Source of the DNA: Bacteroidota bacterium
Lineage (GTDB): Bacteria > Bacteroidota > Bacteroidia > Bacteroidales > Paludibacteraceae
Direction of reading: 5' to 3'
Assembly (NCBI GenBank): GCA_022708465.1
Contig: JAKIYQ010000002.1
Span: forward strand, 160-64,159
Length of the DNA stretch: 64,000 bases
Shown here one piece after another: positions 57,671 through 64,000 of the stretch (positions are counted from its first letter, which is position 1; each line of letters starts with the position of its first letter). The notes beneath the pieces were generated by a model. The model had not been told where the DNA came from. It did no database searches and worked only from the letters and a program-made list of their open reading frames with translations. The position numbers and the translations under genes are program-made.

Positions 57671-57678
57671 TACCTTTG
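57671..57678 (+). promoter_or_regulatory. -7 promoter box TACCTTTG (aromatic amino-acid operon)
   Basis: Matches TAnnTTTG, 22 nt upstream of the leader-peptide ATG. Confidence 0.55.
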
Positions 57679-57699
57679 ACCCATAATTATTGAGAACAA

Positions 57700-57756
57700 A
57701 TGAGAAATTTATCTTTTACATACTTTTATTTTTACTTTTACTTTAGCACGAAGTGA
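57700..57756 (+). CDS. Phe/Tyr-rich leader peptide MRNLSFTYFYFYFYFSTK
   Basis: ATG 57700, TGA 57754-56. Of 18 codons, 5 are Phe (TTT) and 4 are Tyr (TAC/TAT), alternating. Sits immediately 5' of the antiterminator/terminator structure and pheA. Confidence 0.75.
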   Translation: MRNLSFTYFYFYFYFSTK

Positions 57757-57816
57757 ACGGGATTTAATGTATGTAATATGAAATAAAGATCATTCTAGAA
57801 TATATAAGAATCCCGT
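57757..57816 (+). promoter_or_regulatory. antiterminator helix of the attenuator
   Basis: ACGGGATTT (57757-65) pairs with GAATCCCGT (57808-16). This is mutually exclusive with the terminator 5' arm. Confidence 0.65.
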
Positions 57817-57841
57817 CCGTAAGGTCGGGATTCTTTTTTTT
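57807..57841 (+). terminator. attenuator intrinsic terminator
   Basis: AGAATCCCG-T-CC-GTAA-GG-T-CGGGATTCT hairpin followed by a T8 run, 14 nt before the pheA ATG. Confidence 0.8.
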
Positions 57842-57855
57842 AAAAACACATATTT

Positions 57856-58698
57856 ATGAAAAGAAAAATTGCAATTCAGGGAGTAGCAGGATCTTTCCAC
57901 GACATCGCTGCAAAAAATTATTTTAAGGGTGATGAACTTGATATAATACCATGCGGTACTTTTAAGGAAGTATTTGCGACCATTAAAAAAGATAATTCTG
58001 TAATAGGAGTTATTGCAATAGAGAATACGATTGCCGGAAGTTTGCTTCCCAATCACAATCTATTGAAAGATAGCGGGTTGCGTATCATGGGCGAAACAAA
58101 ATTACGAATAGAACACAATTTGGTTTGTTTAAAAGGCCAAACAATTGACGATGTTCATGACGTTTATTCACATCCAATTGCTTTGATGCAGTGTGAAGAT
58201 TTCTTGGCACAACATCCTCATCTTTGCGCAGTAGAAAGTGATGATACTGCACAAAGCGCTAAACGGATAGCCGAAAATAATATAATGGGTAGAGCAGCAA
58301 TTTGCGGAAAATTAGCAGCAGATATTTATGGACTTGAGATTTTAGCATCGGGTATAGAGACTAATAAAAGGAACTTTACCCGTTTTTTAATTATTGGCGA
58401 TCCTTGGACTGCTGATGAACACCTCAAAGGAAAAACTGTGGATAAATCATCAATGGTATTTGCCTTGCCTCATGAAGAAGGTAGTTTAGCAAAGGTTTTG
58501 TCAATATTGTCTTACTATAACATAAACTTAACCAAAATACAATCACTACCAATAATCGGCAGAGAATGGGAATATTTGTTCTATGTTAATCTGACATTTG
58601 ATAACTATTTATCATATAGTCAATCATTGGATGCAATAAGACCCTTTACAAAAGACTTGCGTATATTAGGTGAATATGTAGGATCAAAAGAACAATAA
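57856..58698 (+). CDS. pheA: prephenate dehydratase
   Basis: IAIQGVAGSFH start, TRF motif (NFTRFLIIG) and C-terminal ACT domain with ESRP-like region (IQSLPI). Confidence 0.92.
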   Translation: MKRKIAIQGVAGSFHDIAAKNYFKGDELDIIPCGTFKEVFATIKKDNSVIGVIAIENTIAGSLLPNHNLLKDSGLRIMGETKLRIEHNLVCLKGQTIDDVHDVYSHPIALMQCEDFLAQHPHLCAVESDDTAQSAKRIAENNIMGRAAICGKLAADIYGLEILASGIETNKRNFTRFLIIGDPWTADEHLKGKTVDKSSMVFALPHEEGSLAKVLSILSYYNINLTKIQSLPIIGREWEYLFYVNLTFDNYLSYSQSLDAIRPFTKDLRILGEYVGSKEQ

Positions 58699-58711
58699 AA
58701 TACTAATCATT

Positions 58712-59875
58712 ATGATACAACCTGCAAAAAGATTGTCGAACGTTTCAGAATACTATTTTTCAAAAAAACTAAAACAGATTGCTGAAATGAATGCTGCCGG
58801 ATTAGACATCATCAGTTTAGGAGTCGGTAGTCCGGATATGCCACCATCTGAGGCAACAATTCAGACATTATGCGATCAAGCAAAAAAAGCTGATGTTCAT
58901 GGTTATCAACCATATACAGGTATCCCTGAATTGCGCGAAGCATTTGCAGAATGGTATAAGCGTTGGTATGGTGTAACGCTTAATCCAAAGAACGAAATTC
59001 AACCATTAATAGGTTCAAAAGAAGGTATTCTTCACGTAACTTTGGCATTTGTTAATCCGGGAGATAAGGTTTTAGTACCTAACCCAGGTTATCCAACTTA
59101 TACGTCTTTAAGTACATTGTTAGGAGCAGATGTGATTCCTTATGATTTAAAAGAGGATAATAATTGGCAGCCTGACTTTGATGCTTTGGAAACAATGGAT
59201 TTAAGCGGTGTTAAGTTGATGTGGACAAATTATCCTAATATGCCAACCGGAGCTAATGCAACAATGCAATTATATGAGAAACTAGTAAATTTTGCACGCA
59301 AACACCAAATTGTAATTGTAAACGATAATCCTTATAGTTTTATTTTAAATAAAAAACCTCTTAGTTTATTGTCTGTAGAAGGTGCAAAAGAATGTTGTAT
59401 TGAATTTAATTCGATGAGTAAAAGTCATAATATGCCGGGTTGGCGTATAGGTATGTTGGCAACTAACGCAACATTTGTAAGTTGGATATTAAAGGTAAAA
59501 AGCAATATAGATTCAGGAATGTTCAGACCCATGCAACTAGCTGCAGCTACTGCCTTGACAAATGAAAACGAATGGCACGAAGCTATGAACTATGATGTTT
59601 ATGCAAAACGTCGCGCATTAGCAGGACAAATAATGGATGAGTTGGAATGTAAATATGACGATTCTCAAGTTGGTATGTTTTTATGGGGAAAGATTCCTGA
59701 TTCTTATTCAGATGTTGAAGTCCTTACCGAAAAAGTATTAAAAGAAGCACGTGTATTTATAACTCCCGGATTTATATTCGGTAGTAATGGTAAGCGATAC
59801 GTGCGAATATCTTTATGCGCTAAAGAAGAAAAACTTCAAGAAGCTTTAAATCGTGTAAAGTCTATTAAAAAATAA
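58712..59875 (+). CDS. class I/II PLP-dependent aminotransferase (aromatic/prephenate aminotransferase by context)
   Basis: NPGYPTY, NYPNMPTG and SMSKSHNMPGWRIG (PLP-Lys) motifs. Confidence 0.85.
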   Translation: MIQPAKRLSNVSEYYFSKKLKQIAEMNAAGLDIISLGVGSPDMPPSEATIQTLCDQAKKADVHGYQPYTGIPELREAFAEWYKRWYGVTLNPKNEIQPLIGSKEGILHVTLAFVNPGDKVLVPNPGYPTYTSLSTLLGADVIPYDLKEDNNWQPDFDALETMDLSGVKLMWTNYPNMPTGANATMQLYEKLVNFARKHQIVIVNDNPYSFILNKKPLSLLSVEGAKECCIEFNSMSKSHNMPGWRIGMLATNATFVSWILKVKSNIDSGMFRPMQLAAATALTNENEWHEAMNYDVYAKRRALAGQIMDELECKYDDSQVGMFLWGKIPDSYSDVEVLTEKVLKEARVFITPGFIFGSNGKRYVRISLCAKEEKLQEALNRVKSIKK

Positions 59876-59914
59876 TTGGTAACAGAAATTATAAAACAAA
59901 CAAATATAAAAAAT

Positions 59915-60979
59915 ATGAATGATTTAAAATCAATTTTACTTCCGGGTGTAGAAGACAAACGTCCTCTAGTTATTTCCGGACCATGTAGTGCAGAAACCGA
60001 GGAACAAGTTATTACAACAGCCAAAGCCTTGGCCGATAAAAAAGTAAAAATATTTCGTGCGGGAATATGGAAACCAAGGACAAAACCCGGTGGTTTTGAA
60101 GGTGTAGGTGTGGATGGTTTATCATGGTTACAAGAGGTTAAACAAGAAACCGGAATGTATGTAAGTACCGAGGTTGCTACTTCAAAACATGTAGAAGAAG
60201 CCTTAAAAGCGGGAATTGATATGTTATGGATAGGCGCTCGTACATCTGCAAATCCATTTGCAGTGCAAGAATTGGCAGATGCTTTAAAAGGAGTTGACAT
60301 ACCTGTATTAGTAAAAAATCCTGTGAACCCTGATATAGAGTTATGGATAGGAGCTTTAGAGAGAATCTATAATGCAGGAATTCGCAGATTAGGTGCTATT
60401 CATAGAGGTTTTAGTACTTACGATAACAAAATATATAGAAATCTGCCGCAGTGGAATGTCCCAATTGAACTACGTCGTCGTATTCCAAACATGCCAATTA
60501 TCTGTGACCCAAGCCATATTGGTGGAAAACGCGAACTTATAGCACCACTTTGTCAACAAGCTATGGATCTGAGTTTTGATGGATTGATGATAGAGTCACA
60601 TTGTAATCCTGATAAAGCTTGGAGTGATGCATCTCAACAAATAACTCCTGATATATTGGAATATATTTTGAATACATTAGTAATTCGTGAAACAAATCAG
60701 ACAACCGAAAATTTGACAGAATTACGTAAACAAATAGATGCAATCGATAATGAATTGCTTGATTTATTGTCAAAACGTATGCGTGTTTCTCGCGAAATAG
60801 GAACATATAAGAAGGAACATTCAATGCCTGTTTTGCAATCAGCTCGTTACGATGAAATTATGCAAAAACGTGTTATTCTAGGCAAAAGTCTTGGAATGTC
60901 AGCAGATTTTGTAAGTGAGTTTTTAAAATCAGTACATGAGGAATCAGTGCGTCAACAAATTGATATCATTAATAATTAA
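59915..60979 (+). CDS. bifunctional 3-deoxy-7-phosphoheptulonate synthase / chorismate mutase type II
   Basis: KDO8P/DAHP synthase I-beta-like core (GPCSAE, CDPSHIGGKRE) plus C-terminal AroQ helix-bundle region (LRKQIDAIDNELLDLLSKRMRVSREIG). TTG 59876 trimmed to ATG 59915. Confidence 0.9.
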   Translation: MNDLKSILLPGVEDKRPLVISGPCSAETEEQVITTAKALADKKVKIFRAGIWKPRTKPGGFEGVGVDGLSWLQEVKQETGMYVSTEVATSKHVEEALKAGIDMLWIGARTSANPFAVQELADALKGVDIPVLVKNPVNPDIELWIGALERIYNAGIRRLGAIHRGFSTYDNKIYRNLPQWNVPIELRRRIPNMPIICDPSHIGGKRELIAPLCQQAMDLSFDGLMIESHCNPDKAWSDASQQITPDILEYILNTLVIRETNQTTENLTELRKQIDAIDNELLDLLSKRMRVSREIGTYKKEHSMPVLQSARYDEIMQKRVILGKSLGMSADFVSEFLKSVHEESVRQQIDIINN

Positions 60980-60982
60980 ACG

Positions 60983-61756
60983 ATGAAGATATTAATTTTG
61001 GGTGCAGGTAAAATGGGCACCTTTTTAACAGATGTTTTGTGCGTTCAACATGAGGTAGCGTTATTCGACCTTAATCCTAAAAATCTTCGATTTGTGTTCA
61101 ATACATATCGAATGACAAAATACGAGGAAATAAAAGAGTTTGAACCTGAATTAATGATTAACTGCGTAACGCTTAAATATACTATTGATGCATTTAATGC
61201 AGTGATACAATATTTACCTAAGACTTGTATTATTTCAGATATAGCATCTGTTAAAACGGGACTCCCTGAATATTACAAACAATGTGGAATGCGTTATGTA
61301 TCAACGCACCCTATGTTTGGACCTACATTTGCAAATTTAGAAGATCTAAGCAATCAGAGTGCAATCATAATATCCGAGTCAGATCACATGGGCAAGGCTT
61401 TCTTTAAAGATTTATATGGCTCACTTAAGCTTAAAATATTTGAATATACATTCCTTGAACATGACGAAACAATCGCATATTCATTGTCAATACCATTTGC
61501 ATCTACTATGGTGTTTGCTGCCGTAATGAAACACCAAGAAGCTCCGGGTACAACATTTAAGAAACACATGAATATAGCCAGAGGATTGTTTTCTGAAGAT
61601 GATTATCTTATTTCGGAAATCATGTTTAATCCATTTACTTCAGGGCAGTTGACAAAAATTCGCGAAGAGCTCAAACATCTTTTAGAAATAGTTGATGCGA
61701 AGGATACTGATAAACTGCACACTTATTTAAAGAAACTTCGCAAAAATATAGAGTAA
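60983..61756 (+). CDS. tyrA: prephenate dehydrogenase
   Basis: MKILILGAGKMG Rossmann start and HPMFGP catalytic His motif. Confidence 0.85.
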   Translation: MKILILGAGKMGTFLTDVLCVQHEVALFDLNPKNLRFVFNTYRMTKYEEIKEFEPELMINCVTLKYTIDAFNAVIQYLPKTCIISDIASVKTGLPEYYKQCGMRYVSTHPMFGPTFANLEDLSNQSAIIISESDHMGKAFFKDLYGSLKLKIFEYTFLEHDETIAYSLSIPFASTMVFAAVMKHQEAPGTTFKKHMNIARGLFSEDDYLISEIMFNPFTSGQLTKIREELKHLLEIVDAKDTDKLHTYLKKLRKNIE

Positions 61757-61758
61757 AT

Positions 61759-63180
61759 TTATTTTAGGAGTTCAATCAAGTATCTCCATGTCTTTTCGAC
61801 CGATGAAACAGAAACGCGTTCATCGGGCGAATGGACTCCTTCCAAGTTAGGTCCTATTGAAATCATGTCCAAGTTGGGAAATTTTTGCAAGAAAAGACCA
61901 CATTCCAAGCCTGCATGTATCACTTTTATCTTTGGAGCCTTTTTAAAAAGTTGCTTGTATATACTATCAGCCTTTTTTACCAAAGGAGATTCAAAATTTG
62001 GCTTCCAACCGGGGTATTCGTTTGAGTGTGTAACTAATGCGTGATGCTTATTCGCAGTTTTATCAATCATAGATGCCGTATTATGTAATTTATCTATATC
62101 GTCGCTGCGTTGACTTGTACATATAACTATAGAATTTTCTAATGTTTTAATTGATGCAAGATTTGTAGATGTCTTAACAAGTCCCGGAATCTCACTGCTG
62201 TATTCTAACACACCATGTGGGCATTCGCTTATTGCATTAATAATGTTCAGCGCATCATCATGTTTAATTCTTGTGTCAGGGACTTTGCAAGAATCAAGTG
62301 ATAATTTCATGCCGGGCTCTTTTTTTATCCAATTATCCTCAGTTTCTGCACTGAAAATATTCCATGCTATTCGTATTCTTTCTTTGTCAGCCCATGGAAC
62401 TGCTATTGTAGCACTTGCTTCACGCGCAATTGCATTTCTTAGTCCACCACCATTAATATTGCATACTGATAAATCAAATTGTTTAGATGCTAAGTTTAAA
62501 AATTCGTTCAGTAGTTTATTTGCATTTGCCCGATCTTTGTTTATGTCATCTCCACTATGTCCTCCTTGTAATCCGAAAATTTTTAAGGATATTGCGAATA
62601 AATGCTCCGGCATAGGCTCTTTTTCGATATTAAAAGTTAGAATTGAGTCGCATCCACCGGCACAGCCTATAATAATTTCATCATCTGTTTCAGAGTCTAA
62701 ATTTATTAGCGAATTAGCCGAAATAAAATCATTCTTTAGTGCTGATGCTCCTGTAAGTCCGGTCTCTTCATCAATTGTGAATAAACATTCAAGCGAACGT
62801 TGAGTTTCATTACCTGCTAATAATGCAAGCATCATTGCAACACCAATTCCATCGTCAGCTCCCAGGGTAGTACCATTTGCAGAAATCCAATCTCCATCTT
62901 GAGTAAAGTTGATAGGGTCTATCATAAAATCATGAATCACATTGTCGTTTTTTTCACAAACCATGTCAGTGTGTGCTTGTAATATTACAGTAGGGCTGAT
63001 TCCTTCTTTTTTTATCAATACATTTCCTACCTCATCTTGTTTGTATTCAAGATTATTTTTTTGTGCAAATCGAATTAAATAAGCAGTAATCTTTTCTTCG
63101 TGCTTTGATGGACGTGGAATTTTGCATATCTCAGAAAAATATTTCCACACATCAATAGGGTTCGGCATATTTTGATTCAT
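61759..63180 (-). CDS. pepD: aminoacyl-histidine dipeptidase (M20 family, PepD-like)
   Basis: IPRPSKHEEKI, QAHTDMV, GADDGIG, DEETGLTG and HAGLECG motifs. Confidence 0.9.
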   Translation of the reverse strand: MNQNMPNPIDVWKYFSEICKIPRPSKHEEKITAYLIRFAQKNNLEYKQDEVGNVLIKKEGISPTVILQAHTDMVCEKNDNVIHDFMIDPINFTQDGDWISANGTTLGADDGIGVAMMLALLAGNETQRSLECLFTIDEETGLTGASALKNDFISANSLINLDSETDDEIIIGCAGGCDSILTFNIEKEPMPEHLFAISLKIFGLQGGHSGDDINKDRANANKLLNEFLNLASKQFDLSVCNINGGGLRNAIAREASATIAVPWADKERIRIAWNIFSAETEDNWIKKEPGMKLSLDSCKVPDTRIKHDDALNIINAISECPHGVLEYSSEIPGLVKTSTNLASIKTLENSIVICTSQRSDDIDKLHNTASMIDKTANKHHALVTHSNEYPGWKPNFESPLVKKADSIYKQLFKKAPKIKVIHAGLECGLFLQKFPNLDMISIGPNLEGVHSPDERVSVSSVEKTWRYLIELLK

Positions 63181-63386
63181 TGTAAATGTTTATATCTAAA
63201 TGGCTTATTTTATATATTGCAAAAGTAAATAAATTTAAGTCTTTATTATGTAATTAAACTTTAAAAAGGACATAGTATTTAGGTAATAATTATAGCGCAG
63301 TTTTTAAAAAAGATGAAAACGTTAAAAATTTCGTTATTAAAGTACAAAATTATGTGTGATGTTTCACAATTAATTTTTTTATGACC

Positions 63387-63394
63387 TATATTTG
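63387..63394 (+). promoter_or_regulatory. -7 promoter box TATATTTG
   Basis: Matches TAnnTTTG, 22 nt upstream of ATG 63416. The ORF-track TTG start at 63392 lies inside the box. Confidence 0.45.
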
Positions 63395-63415
63395 CTCCTC
63401 ATTATTAAACAATGT

Positions 63416-63619
63416 ATGCTTAAAGCCTTTTTGTTGTCTCTAGTTATTTTGATACCAGCAATTTTATTGATGGGGTATCGTGTGTTTTTTACACAGAAGG
63501 GTAAATTTCCGGGTCTTCATGTAGATTCGAATGCTGCATTAAGAGAAAAAGGAATTCATTGCGTGCAAACACAAGATAAAGAGGCTAGAAAACAAAAAAC
63601 AAATCAAATAAAAGCATGA
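63416..63619 (+). CDS. hypothetical small membrane protein
   Basis: 67 aa with a single N-terminal TM segment (MLKAFLLSLVILIPAILLMGY). ATGA overlap with the downstream OmpH-like gene. Confidence 0.4.
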   Translation: MLKAFLLSLVILIPAILLMGYRVFFTQKGKFPGLHVDSNAALREKGIHCVQTQDKEARKQKTNQIKA

Positions 63620-64000
63620 AAAATTTAGTACTTTACATTATTAATGGCGTATTAGTCGTTGCAGTTGTAGTCTTGTTTATATTATTCTTTATCAATAAAG
63701 AAGAGAATTCAAAAGAACAGGCTTTAACCGAAGGTGAAGTTTTACCAATAGCATACGTAAATATTGATACATTGTTGCTCAATTATGATTTATATAAATC
63801 AATGAGCGAAGAGTTACTACAAGAAGAAGAACGTTCTCGTGCAAGTGTTAATCAAAAAGCTAATGCTTTACAAGCTGAAATGGTTGATTTTCAGAATAAA
63901 ATAGAGAACAGAGCATTTTTGTCAGAAGAACGCGCACGTAGCGAACAAGAACGTTTGGTTCGCAAGCAACGCGAATTACAAGAGCTTGACAACAAATTGG
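63616..64000 (+). CDS. OmpH/Skp-family periplasmic chaperone, N-terminal part (3' end outside window)
   Basis: TM/signal anchor, then IAYVNIDTLLLNYDLYK and a long charged coiled coil typical of Bacteroidota OmpH. The frame is open to the window edge. Confidence 0.72.
   Translation, partial: MKNLVLYIINGVLVVAVVVLFILFFINKEENSKEQALTEGEVLPIAYVNIDTLLLNYDLYKSMSEELLQEEERSRASVNQKANALQAEMVDFQNKIENRAFLSEERARSEQERLVRKQRELQELDNKL

Noticed and set aside
57792-57801. Perfect 10-bp palindrome ATTCTAGAAT inside the attenuator spacer
   Set aside because: It cannot form a hairpin because it has no loop. It is short and AT-rich, and lies within the loop enclosed by the antiterminator. There is no evidence for a protein site.
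59836-60300. 154-aa minus-strand ORF antisense to the DAHP synthase/chorismate mutase gene. Similar long antisense ORFs occur at 62243..62803, 35732..36247, 48266..48700, 47459..47827 and 50005..50364.
   Set aside because: These are shadow ORFs opposite strongly supported genes. Their composition is Ser/Pro/Ile-rich, they have no recognisable domains, and none has a TAnnTTTG box at a sensible distance.
63312-63383. 23-codon ORF (MKTLKISLLKYKIMCDVSQLIFL) in the pepD/OmpH intergenic region
   Set aside because: It has no promoter box in front, no associated structure and no biased codon content. It is likely a chance ORF in AT-rich sequence.
1-64000. Search for mobile elements, CRISPR arrays, rRNA, toxin-antitoxin pairs or defence islands
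   Set aside because: I noticed no transposase, integrase or recombinase-like ORF, no spaced direct repeats, no rRNA-like sequence and no tRNA-adjacent island. The window is essentially core genome apart from the small decayed patch at 32.5-33.4 kb.

Overview
This is a 64-kb, visibly AT-rich, gene-dense chromosomal segment that reads like core genome of a Bacteroidota (Bacteroidales-type) organism. Supporting signs are recurrent TAnnTTTG -7 promoter boxes, no Shine-Dalgarno sequences, a T9SS C-terminal sorting domain, a TonB-dependent receptor and Bacteroides-like gene neighbourhoods. It holds about 60 protein genes, almost all housekeeping: pyrE, argH, recO, lepB, dapB, tadA, tyrS, ribF, carAB, glmS, purF, recJ, tsaC, metG, oadGAB, cstA, mtnN, rsmE, dnaX, a pheA-tyrA aromatic operon and pepD. 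There are also two convergent tRNAs (Gln-TTG and a CAT anticodon). I saw no IS element, integrase, CRISPR array or rRNA. Six things are not captured by the ORF track. (1) dnaX is interrupted at an A10 run exactly at the gamma/tau domain boundary; the 0 and -1 frames stop within 2-4 codons, and only the +1 frame carries the tau C-terminus, so this is either a recoding site or a homopolymer error. (2) An 18-codon leader ORF (MRNLSFTYFYFYFYFSTK) with mutually exclusive antiterminator and terminator hairpins lies in front of the pheA-aminotransferase-DAHP synthase/chorismate mutase-tyrA operon. (3) A TPP riboswitch precedes a TonB-dependent receptor plus PnuC-family transporter pair. (4) A surface-glycan-type module (Cys-less AsnB-like, Wzx flippase, LbH acetyltransferase, FemAB/GNAT-like) has no glycosyltransferase. 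(5) A small decayed region at 32.5-33.4 kb contains frameshifted or truncated gene remnants. (6) An exact 24-nt repeat and a recurrent 13-mer (TTATTTGAATTTT) occur in several upstream regions. Many ORF-track starts are over-extended, often from TTG/GTG; I trimmed them to ATGs that fit conserved N-termini. All homology calls come from motif recognition by eye, not from database searches.
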